Positions 26,801-39,339 of a stretch of 64,000 nucleotides of DNA are shown in pieces. Every line of letters begins with the position of its first letter. The stretch's first letter is position 1. The notes beneath the pieces were generated by a model. It had not been told where the DNA came from and did no database searches. It saw nothing but the letters and a program-made list of their open reading frames with translations. This stretch comes from Callorhinchus milii (Eukaryota): positions 67,954,001 through 68,018,000 of the forward strand of contig NW_024704742.1 in assembly GCF_018977255.1 (NCBI RefSeq), written 5' to 3'. Both the position numbers and the translations under genes were made by a program.

Positions 26801-29800
26801 AAATGTGCTCGTGTTAACAATTAGCCAGACGTTGCTTAGATCAAAGTGATTGTTGAAATGTGCTTTTTTTGTCTTGTTTTTGTACAACGATTGTTTTTTG
26901 GAAATCTGTAAAAGGCAAAGATATCAATAGTTGATTAGTCTAGAATGATGTCTTGTTTTTTTGGGGGGGTGGGGGGTGGGGGAGGTAGGCATAATGTGGG
27001 GAAGGAAGGGGAAAAAATAGCAATAATAATAATAATCTTTGCATTTGCTCTAGCAACTTATTACGTCTTTGAGACATCCCAAAGAGCTTCACAGGATATA
27101 CTGTAAAGTGAATTGACTGTATATTTCTGCATGCGAAACACGGCAGCCAATTGCACACAGCAGTGTCCCACAAACAGTCATGGATTGGATTGAGTGACTA
27201 CATTGTTATTGTTATCCTACACCTGTTTGTTAGATGGAAGTTTGCTCAAAGTTGGCACACAGTTGGCATTCCAATGTGTTACAGGGGAGGGATGTCGGTG
27301 GGTGTGGGAGGGGTTGGGAGAGACCTATAAAGGAGAAAAGTCAAAAGTTGAACACATTTGACCATGCAAATATAACAAATATGGTTTTGACTGAAAATAA
27401 AAAAAGAGTTCAGAGTGTGTCACACCGGGCCATTACATCTCTTCAGAGTTCACAGCTACAGTGAAGCACATCTACAGTGATACTGCAAGATCTAAAATGC
27501 CACGATCAGTAAACAATTCAAATCCCAGGCGCCTGGGTTTGTCTCACTGTGACCTGTTGGGACTCCAAGCTCTCACCAAGTCCCTCTATTTTCCATAATC
27601 TGACTTCAATTTGACTTCAAGTCAAAACTGAGACCAACGTCAGACAAATCCATTCACAGTAAACTACTGATAACTTGACCCATGGTTTAACTTGTCACAA
27701 ATCACTTAAGTAATCCTGATGTCAATTTCTCGGCTGCATTTATTTATGTATTTATACATATGCCTGACTCACCGCTCTGGATAACTGGTCATAGAGCCCT
27801 TTTCCTGGGAGCAATGAGTTATCAGGAGTTGACTGTAGCTCCCTAGACATTAAGCTCAATAGTCACTTAACACCAGTTTATTGCATTTGAGAAAAATAAA
27901 GCGTAAAATAGGTTATGCCCTTAAATATAACCTTTACCTGGTTGAGGAAAACTTTTTTGTTTAACAGCTAAATATCCAAACTCCCATTTTAACATTATAA
28001 AAGCATCCTGATTAAGCAGCAAAGTTAAATGTGGTTGAGAGATAATAAACCACAGTAATGCTTGCATTCTTAAAAGTGCTTCACAGGATACATCGTAAAG
28101 TGTATTGCTTGTATATTTTGTGGGCAAACACGGCAACCAATTTGCACACAGCAATGTCCCATAAAGAGCCATGAAGCGAATGACCAATTTCATCTCATAG
28201 GTGCAATAATAATAATAATCCTTACATTTGATATAGAACCTTGTCACGTTGTTGAGATGTCTTAAAAGTGCTTCACAGGATATACTGTAAAGTAGATTGA
28301 CGGTATATTTTGTGGGAGAATGGAGGCCACCTTTGCTCAACAGGTGTAAAAATAAAAACAATGTAACTTGAGGTTTTATTCCTATGACTTTCAGCCACAT
28401 TGCAGAAACATTGCTGTTCAGAACCACAGCAGAGTCAATTTGCAGAAGGAGAACAAAATGGCAGTGCAGACTGTGCAATGGGGGTTTGTTTGCAGTGTGG
28501 GGGATGGTTGCTAGTTTAATAGCTACTGAATTTACACCTGGGGCATTTACTAAATCCACACCTTGGTGCAGGATGCTTTGAAATGAAATAAAAAGCAAAC
28601 AGAAGGCATAGAAAAATGCAATAAGTGATACTTAGCCTATACTCCATATATTACATCAGTCTGGCTCAGTTGGTAGCTTCCAATGAAGCATCCTTGGTGT
28701 GTTGTTCTTGCCATAAGAATGATGCATCATGAGTATATATATATATTATTGCTGACCTTTGCCAGTATGAAACATGTATTTGTAATCAATTTAACATTGT
28801 ACACCATTAGATTCAGTTAGGTTGATTATTATACTGTATTGGTTAGGTATTTTGCTTACTTTAACGTTACTTCTGCTGAGAACTTTTGTAATCTTGATAC
28901 GAATGAATCATGTCTGTGATTCCTTTATTTAATGTCTTTGTGTATTATCTAGAAAAGAGACTTTGGCATGCAGATATGGGAGTGTGAGGTGGAGTAATCT
29001 GAAACTCTGAGAAACAGACTGAAATAGCAGGGAAGATAATCAATGTGAGTTGTTTGAAGTCTTGGTTCTCTTAAGCAAAGTATAGCATGGTTTAATGGTC
29101 ACGGACAGCATTTGACATGTTTGTTTAGGGGTAAAAGTATTGGTCACTAACTAGCCTGAAGTTGAAACAGACTCTAGAGGGAAGAAAATAATCATACCCT
29201 ATTATCCATTCCTTGGAACATCCTCCCAATGTGAAAGGTGCTCTACAAATGTCCTTTGTTGTTGTTATTCCCAGATTGTTAAATATGCCTTTCTGTACAT
29301 GCAGGTCACTGTATAAAGGTTTCTTTAATAAAACAGATTATTGAAGGAGCACATGTCTCTGTGAGTTTGATTATCTTGGTATCCGGAATCTAAATGATTA
29401 TATATCGATAGTTTTATTTAAAGTAAATATAATACAGAACTGACCCATTGCAGCCAAAAAAGTTAGAAGATTGTAGGTTCAAGCTCCCCATTCAGGAATT
29501 TGATCTTGTAGTCCAGCTACACACTCCAATGCAGTCAAGTCTTATTGTAAAGCAGTCATACAGTTTTATTGTGTGTACACTAATCAACAACTTACATTTA
29601 TATAGCAGCTCTCACACAGGGTAGCATCCCAGAGTGGTTGACAATGGTGGTACCTGAGGCCAAGCCGGGGGAGGTGGGGAGGTGACCGGAGAGGAAGGTC
29701 TTCAGGTGCGATCTGAAAATGGGGAAGGAAGGGGCAAGGCGGAGGGATAGAGGAAGAGTTTTAGGGCATAGTGACGTGAATGCACAGCCACTAATGGTGG

Positions 29801-30139
29801 AACGGAGGGCACAAGGGACATGCAGGAGGCCAGAGCTAGTCGAGTGGAGGTAGGGGATGATTGGTTGGGGAGTAAGCAGGGTGGAGAGTTAGGGAGGTGT
29901 CAGGGTATGAAGGAATTTGAAGACGAGTGAGAGGATCTTGAAATTGAATAATCATGATAATCTTCAATCCCTTTCTTAATATATGTTACTGTGCCGCTGT
30001 GTTGAGATGTGACGTTATATTGAATAATCATGAAATATATCGTCAGCATGTTACAAATGATTGGCTTCACAATGCTTGTAGAAAAGACCACTAGGTTAAT
30101 TTCTCAATTGTATTGAAATCATTGTTAATAATAATAATA

Positions 30140-30447
30140 TGTAATAATCCTTGCATTTGATATAGCACTTTTCACGTCTTCTAGACGTCTCAAAGCGTTT
30201 CACAGAATAGACTAAAGTGAATTGCCTGTATATTTCCGGACGAAATGCGGCAGCCAATTGTGCACAGCAGTGTCCCACAAACAGTCATGGATTGAAATGA
30301 CTAATTTATTATTGTTTTTTTTCTTGAGGGATTATTATCAAGCGTGTGGAGTAATGAAACTTGCCCAAGCTTTCACCCTGCCGGGAATCGAACCCAGGTC
30401 TCTTGCTTGCAAAGCCAGTGCTCTAACCGCTGAGCTACAGGACTCCA
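30140..30447 (-). mobile_element. Full-length SINE, short subfamily
   Basis: Same head, body and tail. Confidence 0.88.
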
Positions 30448-30452
30448 CACCT

Positions 30453-30745
30453 TGTTAATGCAGCTATCAATATAGATAAGGATATATGCTTAAAGTAGAC
30501 ATGGTAGTACAGGGTTAAAAAGATAGGGAATGAGCACGAGTCGGGGCAGCAGCCAGAGGAAAGTCAAGGATAAAGGTCAAATGGTTGTTGCCCAGAGTCA
30601 TCAGAATGGGTGGTATGCTTTGATTCTGTAAATACTTATATTTGACTAATTGTTCAATAAAACTTTTGTTACACCACTTTGGATTGTCGGGTCATATTTC
30701 GACCTCAGGGATCGGAAATCCCAACAGTTGGTGCATTCATTCAGG
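30453..30745 (+). mobile_element. LTR related to 23045-23887, followed by a PBS-like sequence
   Basis: 30651-30726 matches the reverse complement of about 23045-23120 (ending GGATCGGAAATCCCAACA); then GT and TGGTGCATT at 30729-30737. Confidence 0.7.
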
Positions 30746-32633
30746 TTTAATAGGCTGTCCGTCCTTATTGATATTCTGCTTCGTACTGTTTACAACAGCG
30801 TAATGCAGTGGGACCTTATCTATTTGTGGGCACCTTAGTTTTGAGGGCAGCTCACTAACCAGTTAAATTCTTCACAGTCTACTTCGTTCATTTCAAATTC
30901 ACAGTGACCCAAATCCACAAACCTACAATCAAAGGCACCCTAGGGTAAAATAATAATAATTATTGTAATAATAATACCTCAATGTAATTGAGGTACTCAC
31001 ATGTTAGTAATAGTTGTTTGGTAGCCTTCTGTCCTCCTCAGGCATTGGTCTAAAGGAACAAACAGTTGTAATCATGAAAGGTTTTTTTTGGAAAGAAGCA
31101 ATTGTAACCTATATTTTGTATGACAATGTGTCATATCTATAAATATAATCGACAGAGTGTTACTGAACTGGGTAGCAATGGACTGCAGAGAAAGAACCTT
31201 ATAAACAGAAACTGAACCTAAAAATAAATGTTCACATGTTTGTTTTACATTTGCAAAATGTAATACATTTTTTCGTCACCTTCCATCTCCAGTGGAAAGT
31301 GTACCAATTGTACTATTCAGGAGGTTGCGAACTGTTCTAAATGGGGGCACAAAGTCACTAAATAAACATGACCTGCATTTGATGAAGCACCTTATTACAT
31401 CAAAACAACTCAAAGTGCGTCACACAAGCAGCTACAGTTGTAGGTGCTGCCACTGTTACGTTGGCAAACATGCCACTCAATCAGCCAACACAAACATCCC
31501 AACAAATGTTTTGCCCATGAAATACAGTCAATCCACTTTACAGTATATCCAGTGAAGTGCTTTGAGATGTCTCAACAATGTGATAAGGCACTATATCAAA
31601 TGCAAGGATTATTATTATAAAACCCAATGAGATATATGACCAAAAGCATCTATTTCTCGGGGAGGAACGGTTGGGGGTGAGGGAGGTAATATTAGCCAGG
31701 ACACTTGGACATTGCACTCAACTATCTAGAAATAATACCTTTGCATTGCTAAAGTCCACACTGGAACAGAAAAACTAAACAAAATACACAGTCAATCCAC
31801 TTTACAGAATATTCTGTGAAGTGCTTTGAGGTGTCTCACGACGTGACAAGGTACAATATCAAATGCAAGGATTATTATTTATTATTAAGCAGGGCTCACT
31901 TGCTAGTGCATGGAGGATAGCCTAGATTATAAGCTCAAGCCCTGCTCTCCTTAATGTGATCTACCACTACTACTCCTTTAATTTGTTATAATGCTTATCA
32001 TGTCTTTCAGATGTCTCAAAGCGCTTCACAGAATATACTGTAAAGTGAATTGATTGTATATTTTGTGGGGGAAACACGGCAGCCAATTGCACACAGCAGT
32101 ATCCCACAAACAGTCATGGATTGAGTGACTTAAATATTATCATATTAATTACAATGACATTAATGCTGTTCTGTGTCCACTCCAGGAGCTAGGCAGATAC
32201 CTTAAAAAGAGACAGCTACATGGCTGTGGGAAAAGGACATGTAAATGGGACTGAAAGGCTTGATTTTGAGGGAGCGACACAGATGCGATGGGCTGAATGG
32301 CTTTTCTTCTCTAACATAATTCGCTATGATTCTAACTCCATCCCAGAGTCTCTCCACATCTTCCCTTGCCCTTTGCCCCTCTCTTCCCACCTTTAAAGAT
32401 CTTCTGAAGATCTTTTCTTTTCAACCACACTTTCGGTCACTCTCTGCACTGCCCCAAGCCCCAGCATCCCCAAGTCTCAGAATATACGGTAAAGCGTTTT
32501 GTGGGTGATTATTGGAATTTCTGCTTATTGCTTATTGCTTATTGCTTATTAACTCTGCTTATTGGAATTTCCAATTTGACAAGCATCTTTGAGAGCATCT
32601 CTTGATAAATTCTGGGTTTTCTCTTTATAATTA

Positions 32634-32658
32634 TCACAGGAAACCTTTGGGTAATTTC
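32634..32658 (-). CDS. CD8A: Candidate terminal coding exon of CD8A: (R)KLPKGFL-stop
   Basis: Nearest plausible phase-2 acceptor (gatactgtttcacacag), ending in tandem TGA TAA; would give a 204-aa protein. Two other candidates exist (see findings). Confidence 0.4.
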
Positions 32659-33235
32659 CTGTGTGAAACAGTATCAAGCAAAGATCACTTGCTGATTTAC
32701 TGTTGAACACGATGAACATGTGGATCACCAAAGAGATAAGAGATAATAATAATCCTTGCATTTAATACATTAAGTGTGATCAATTAATTCTAAGTTAATT
32801 CATAAGTGTCTTATCAAAGAGCTGCACAGAATGCACTGTAAAGTGAATTAACTGTACATTTTTCGGATAAAACACATGCGACCTTCTCCACCTCCGCTAT
32901 TCCCACCCTCTTAATCCAAAAAACCTCCATAAACCAATTTGGGTCGTCAGTCTAGGTCAATGATGGGCAACCAGTGGCCCCTGGACTGCCAAAAATGTGG
33001 CCCCCGAACAATTGCACTAGTCTTGTGCTCAATCATTTCCAGGTTTGTCTTGATTGAATATTTATTGGTTTATGGTAGAAATCAAAAAAAAACACTTCAG
33101 GAAATTTATTTTGAGAATTCACCACTGCCATATAAGGTGAAATATAATAGATGGAATATCAATAGATTATGAAAATACAGTAGGTGAAGTATTATAATAT
33201 TATGGAGATATAACAGGATAAGCAAACACACTGAC

Positions 33236-33275
33236 CTCTTTCGGAACTGGTGTTGGCAGCGTCTCCTACGGGGTC
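33236..33275 (-). CDS. CD8A: CD8 alpha cytoplasmic exon with CXH motif
   Basis: ttttctctctccag acceptor, AG|gtcagt donor; (R)PRRRRCQHQFRK(R); CXH is the fish form of the Lck-binding CXC motif. Confidence 0.92.
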
Positions 33276-33398
33276 CTGGAGAGAGAAAACACCTCCATGT
33301 TAGCCACACACCGACCGCTGCACAATGTAACAAGTTTGCTCTACTAACATTTGTAATAAAAATAAATAGTGTGGAAGATATCAACGCGGGCATCTTAC

Positions 33399-33509
33399 GT
33401 TTACAGTAAAGGATGGAAACGGTGACTAGAATCACCAGCAACAGGGAGGAAACGCCTGCGAGCGATGTCCAGATGATCAAGTGGCAGGAAAACCTGTCAT
33501 CTGCAATCC
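33399..33509 (-). CDS. CD8A: CD8 alpha transmembrane exon
   Basis: ttttttttgtaactag acceptor (an in-frame alternative AG lies 9 nt inside), C|gtaaga donor; (G)IADDRFSCHLIIWTSLAGVSSLLLVILVTVSILYCK resembles mammalian FACDIYIWAPLAG...LYC. Confidence 0.92.
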
Positions 33510-33519
33510 CTAGTTACAA

Positions 33520-33770
33520 AAAAAATCAATCAGTAAAATCAACCAACCAATCATTTAACTGATCACATAAACAACCAATCGATCGATATCCATCCATCCA
33601 TCCATCCATCCATCCATCAGTAAAATCAATCAGTAAAATCAACCAACCAATCATTTAATATTAATCACATGATCAATATCGATAGATCGATTGATCGATA
33701 GATAGATCGATCGGTAGAATCAATCAATTAATTGATCAATTAACCAATCAATTAATCAATTTAATCAATA
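33520..33770. repeat. Compound (ATCC)n/(ATCA)n/(GATC) simple repeats with a duplicated ~35-bp unit, next to the TM-exon acceptor
   Basis: AATCAATCAGTAAAATCAACCAACCAATCATTTAA occurs twice around an (ATCC)n run. Confidence 0.85.
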
Positions 33771-34239
33771 CAGAGGAAGAAATTTGCCCCTTGCCATTTC
33801 AGCCACACACTCAATGCAATTTCATATCAAATGCCGTTTGAATCTATTCATTGTTGTTAATATTAATAATGTCTAAAATATTTTCGATGTTGAAAATAGT
33901 CCAAAAATACTAATTCATGTGGCAGATTAAAATCTACGCCGATTTCAAAAAAAGAACAGCAGGAAATAACTAAACCAGAGAAATCTATTGCAGTAGATTC
34001 GCACACGAGTGGTGAGCAGCTCTCTCTCTGCATCGTCCTGCTATCCGCACCAACAACAAGGCAGGAGTGAGCCGCTAAAGTGCATTATACCCGGTGTAGC
34101 ATTCGTTTAAAAAAGCTTAAATCTTAAAGGTATCAAAGTATATCCCCCAAAAAAGCATTCGCTCTTAAGATCAACTCTTGGGTGATTAAAGGCTAGACTT
34201 GGCTAAAGAGAGAGAAACAGACAGACTGAATTCCTTTCC

Positions 34240-34680
34240 CATTTATATAAATATTTATAAATATTATATATTAGATATATCAAAAAAAATTAGATTATAT
34301 ATCAAAATAAATATTTATAAACATTATATATTATATCAAAATAAATATTATAAACATTATATCTTATATCAAAATAAATATTTACTGTATTATATGTGAT
34401 AATTGTATATAGTGTATAAAGTACTGTAAATATCAACATTTTATTGCATATTTGATATCCTGGAGAGATCAGAGCTACCTGCTTGTTTGAGACCATTTCT
34501 CAACAAAATTCTCATTGTGATTTTATCAGTGTATCGATATTTTGATATAATATATTTTGATATCAATATTTTTGATATTTTGATATTTATTTTGATACAA
34601 CACATGTTGGCATTTTGATATCAAAGTATATTAGACCAATATAAATATCAATATATATCAAAATTGGTATAAAAAAATCA
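34240..34680. repeat. AT-rich low-complexity tract
   Basis: Recurring TATATCAAAATAAATA and TTTTGATAT motifs in both orientations. Confidence 0.7.
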
Positions 34681-35009
34681 ATGTACCGATCAAAGCACAA
34701 CCGAAAAATGTCATACAAGCGATGCGATATATACACTGAGTTGGAGACAACTGTGGAAACCTATATATGACATACATTGTATATAGTTATTTACATACAT
34801 TGCATACGTTTGTATCATATACCCATATATACATTTTATGATATTCCTATACATCACAAAAGTACTTGCTGAAACTCCTTACACGTTTTGCAATTATTAT
34901 CTTTTTAAAAAAAGTAAAAATATAATTAAAAACAGATGGTTAACACAGAAACGTTTGTTCAATACAGTTAAACATGTTCCAGCCCTGTTAACATTGGTGT
35001 TGTTTGTGA

Positions 35010-35232
35010 ACGCACACATACACAGATATACACAGACACGCAGGTACCCACAGACACACACACACACACACACACACAAATAAATACAGATACATGCACA
35101 TTCACACATAGACACAAATACAATTACAGACACACACATACACACAGACATACATACAAACACATACACACAGACATACATACAAACACATACATGCAGA
35201 AACCCACAGATACAGACACACATACACACATA
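35010..35232. repeat. Degenerate (CA)n-rich microsatellite in CD8A intron 3
   Basis: CACA/TACA/GACA repeats. Confidence 0.9.
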
Positions 35233-35378
35233 GAGGCGGGTGATGTGCACTAAGTGTAGCTGGAGCCTGTGCGCTGGGTTGCGTTGCTGTAAGGATACCC
35301 AGACTGTCAAGTCATTCTCTTACGGATAACGACTGAGAAGAGAATGAGCTTGTGAGTCTATGCTATAACCCCCTGTAC

Positions 35379-35471
35379 CTCTGCTGGGCTGGGTTGTTGA
35401 TGTCTGTGGAGCCTCAGTTTTCGGCGGGGGCAGTTTGGTGGTTGAAACCTTTGTGGCAATGGTTGTAACCT
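35379..35471 (-). CDS. CD8A: CD8 alpha Thr/Pro-rich hinge exon
   Basis: ttctctatcccaacacag acceptor, AGAG|gtacag donor, phase 1/1; (E)VTTIATKVSTTKLPPPKTEAPQTSTTQPSR, a typical O-glycosylated stalk. Confidence 0.88.
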
Positions 35472-36189
35472 CTGTGTTGGGATAGAGAAACAGATAGACA
35501 TATAAACATGTAGAAGTCGCTGTCAGATGGGATTGTTTAACAAAGCGCCAAATCGAGTTAAAACAATAATAAGCCTTGCGTTTGATCAGCTGCCTTTCAT
35601 GTCTGGAGCACATTTGCAAAGGCTTCACAGGAGTTTTTTTTTAAAAAACGAACCACTATAAAGTTCTGTCATATAATAATAATGATAATAATTTGGTCAC
35701 TCAATCCACGACTGTTTGTGGAGAAACTGCTGTGCGCAATTGGCTGCCGCGTTTTCACCCATAAAATACAGTCAATTCACTTTACAGTATATTCTGTGAA
35801 GAGCTTTGAGATGTCTCAAAGTCGTGATAAGGCGCTATATCAAATGCAAGGATTATTGTTATTATTGTCATAAAGACTCCAATATTGTAGAGATCACCAA
35901 AGAGTCAATTTGCTGCCAAACAAAGTCCCACAAACAACCATGAAGATAAAGTAGATTGAAGTGGAGATCTAACCACATTCTCTACACAATATATCATATA
36001 ATATAGTATTTTAAACAAAATTCATCACTCACTCCAAGGGATATTATTGTGTGCAAACTGAAATTGTCTGCCCCTTTTCACCCACAAAATACACAGTCAC
36101 TCCACTTTACAGTCTATCCTGCGAAGTGCTTTGAGACATCTTGACAATGTGATAAGACGTGATATCAAATGCAAGGATTACTATTATTA

Positions 36190-36495
36190 AGGAGTCCTGT
36201 AGCTCAGGGGTTAGAGCACTCGACTCACAAGCGAGAGACCTGGGTCTGATTCCCCGCAGGTCAAAACCTTGGACAAGTTTCCTCACTCCACTCGCCTGAT
36301 AATAATCCCTCAAGAAAAAAAATAATAAAATGCACGACTGTTTGTGGGACACTGCTGTGCACATTTGGCTGTCACGTTTTGCCCACAAGTATATAGTCAA
36401 TTCACTTTACAGTATAGTCTGTGAAGCGCTTTGAGAAGTCTAGAAGATGTGAAAAGCGCTATATCAAATGCAAGGATTATTATATTATTATATTA
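36190..36495 (+). mobile_element. Full-length SINE, short subfamily, in CD8A intron 2
   Basis: Same head, body and tail. Confidence 0.88.
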
Positions 36496-37782
36496 CTATA
36501 ACAACAACAACTCAGATTTATATAGCGCCCTCCACGCTGGACGGTGTCTCAGAGCACTTTACAGTAACGGATCCCGTTAATATATGATATAGGATATAAT
36601 ATATGCTGTATCACATGTCATAATATGCAAAGCATATATTATGAAATACGGTATACAGTATTTAATAAAATATTAATCAAATATATAATATATTATATAT
36701 AATAATAATCCTTGCATTTGATATAGTGCCTTATCATTTCGTTGAGACGATTTTGCCCACAACATTTTGAGACCCCTCAAAAATATGATAAGGCGCTATA
36801 TCAAATGCAAGGATTATTATTATATATTATATGTTATAGTACAATATATTATAAACCACTCCATTACATAGCACAGTGAATGCTGGATATTAACTTATCA
36901 CTGTTTTACTGGAACCAAAAGATATAGCTTGTATTTATATAGCGTCTTTCACGAGTGGAAGGAAGTCTCAAATATATTTCAGTTGCCCCTTAACATGTTT
37001 ATTCTAGTTTTGATGATTTCAGGATCCCATTTATTATTATTTTTATTATATATTATATCTTACAACATATATTGTATTGTATAATAATGATGATAATAAT
37101 AATAATAAATGGGATCCTGGAATCAACAAAACTAGATTAAGTAGGTTTCACCTATAAAATACAAAATTCACACCAAACGCTTTGAGATGCTTCAATGACA
37201 TAATAAGGCACTATTTCAATGAAAGGCTTATTATTAGCAGTAGTAATAATAATAATAAACAATTGTGAATAAATAATAATGTATTAATAATTATAAACAA
37301 CGAGAATAAATAATAATAATTGTATTTCATACTCTTTTTGCATTTGATAACAATCCTTACATTAGAGACACTTGTTGGATATAATAATAATCCTTGCATT
37401 TGATATAGCGCCTTATCATGTCTTTGAGATGTCTCAAAGAATATACTGTAAAGTGAATTGACTGTATATTTTGTGGGCGAAACGCGGCAGCCAATTGTGC
37501 ACAACAGTGTTGCACAAACACTTATGGATTTAGTGATCAAATTATTATTATTATTATTTTTAAGGTATTATCTCTAGAAAAGTGATCTGCCAATCGACTA
37601 ACAACCAGATTCCGACTTACTGATAGGTAAACAAAGGTGTATGGAGTAAGGAAACTTGCCTAACATTTTGCCCTGCCTGGGAATCAAACCCAGGTCTCTG
37701 GCTTGTGAGGCGAGTGCTCTAACCAATACACTACAGGATTCCATGTCTATAGGCGCCTGTAAGAGCATTTCACATGTGGAAT

Positions 37783-38387
37783 TATTGCTCAGTGTGTAGT
37801 GGAGTGTCCCTGTGCTCACTCACCAGGTAATATTGCTCAGTGTGTAGTGGAGTGTCTGTGCTCACTCACAGATAATATTGCTCAGTGTGTAGTGGAGTGT
37901 CCCTGTGCTCACTCACCAGGTAATATTGCTCAGTGTGTAGTGGAGTGTCTGTGCTCACTCGCCAGGTAATATTGCTCAGTGGGTAGTGGAGTGTCTCTGT
38001 GCTCACTCACCAGGTAATATTGCTCAGTGTGTAGTGGAGTGTCTGTGCTCACTCACCAGGTAATATTGCTCAGTGGGTAGTGGAGTGTCTCTGTGCTCAC
38101 TCAGAGATAATATTGCTCAGAGTGTTGTGGAAGTGTGTAGTGGAGTGTCTCTGTGCTCACTCACCAGGTAATATTGCTCAGTGTGTAGTGGAGTGTCTCT
38201 GTGCTCACTCACCAGGTAATATTGCTCAGTGTGTAGTGGAAGTGTGTAGTGGAGTGTCTGTGCTCACTCACCAGGTAATATTGCTCAGTGTGTAGTGGAG
38301 TGTCTCTGTGCTCACTCACCAGGTAATATTGCTCAGTGTGTAGTGGAAGTGTGTAGTGGAGTGTCTCTGTGCTCACTCACCAGGTAA
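37783..38387. repeat. Minisatellite, 12 units of about 46-60 bp, overlapping the CD8A V-exon donor
   Basis: Repeated TATTGCTCAGTGTGTAGTGGAGTGTCTCTGTGCTCACTCACCAGGTAA; some units carry an extra ~12-bp internal duplication. Confidence 0.95.
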
Positions 38388-38677
38388 ATGGAAATCATTA
38401 ACCTTTCCGAACTCCAGCTTCGAGTTTTGCAGCATCAAGCAGAAATAGCTTCCAGTATCCCTCTTGGCAAATTTTTTAATTTTGAGATGTGTAACTGTAG
38501 CTTCGAAATTTGCATCCACAGAGGGTGAAACTCTCCCTAAGGGTGAAACATAGAGCAGAAACTCCGGGTTCTTTCCTTTGCTGTGTCTGAACCAGTAAAT
38601 GCGATCGTCGGCTCTCAGGCTACAAGGCACAGACACACTTGTCCCTTCCTGGACTTGTTGGGTGTTTTGGTAAGTTG
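38381..38677 (-). CDS. CD8A: CD8 alpha IgV domain exon
   Basis: Pyrimidine tract ending tttcag, donor CTG|gtgagt, phase 1/1; (A)TYQNTQQVQEGTSVSVPCSLRADDRIYWFRHSKGKNPEFLLYV...KRDTGSYFCLMLQNSKLEFGKVNDFHLP with B-strand Cys, C-strand Trp and DxGxYxC. Confidence 0.93.
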
Positions 38678-39176
38678 CTGAAATAAGGGCAAAAAAAGAG
38701 ACAGAGAGAGAGAGAGAGAGAGAAATTACCTTTTAAACCCAGAGCATAAAGTTTCTTTCAAGTTTTAAGGTTTAAAGTTTAGTCATTCTAACATATGCAT
38801 ATACATATACAGTTAAACCTCAGCTGTAGCACCACTCTCAACTCCAACTCAACAACAACAACAACAACAGCTCCACTCAAAGGACCAGAATATTTACAGC
38901 GAATTAAATTGATCGTATTGATCAGCCACATACGTGTGCAATTGCATAGTGTGGATCTAATGTATCGTGCAAACACAGTTGTTGCATGTTATGCAACATA
39001 TTTGCTGTTGTTAAAATACTTCCCCCACCCCCGGGGGAGTTGGGGTGGAGGGAGGGAGGTGATGGTTCAGGATTTGCACCTATATATTGATCCATTGATT
39101 AATTGATCGATTAATTCTATCGTCTCAGGCGAGAGAGAGAAAAAAAAAAGCACAAGTTTGCAAAGCAGTGTGTTAC

Positions 39177-39225
39177 CCCAGGGGAGAGCCATCAGCGACA
39201 GGAATCCGAGGACAAGTCTCGCCAT
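39177..39225 (-). CDS. CD8A: CD8 alpha exon 1, signal peptide MARLVLGFLSLMALPW
   Basis: ATG at 39225-39223, 16 mostly hydrophobic codons plus one base, phase-1 donor G|gtaaca that fits the V exon. Confidence 0.85.
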
Positions 39226-39339
39226 CTGACAGTGAGAGCGATAAGCCCAGGATCCGAACTGCGCAAACTTAAGCGTAACTTGTGAGTGTGTTCACCTTCT
39301 GCAGCAACTGCTGCCCAACAGCATCAGCTCAGGACGTGA

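Noticed and set aside
27921..28598. 225-aa ORF as a gene
   Set aside because: About half runs through two SINE fragments, it has no ATG start, and I see no recognisable domain.
34897..35310. 137-aa Cys/Val-rich ORF
   Set aside because: Translation of a (TG)n microsatellite.
37783..38387. CRISPR array
   Set aside because: Units are contiguous with no unique spacers, the context is a vertebrate intron, and there are no cas genes.
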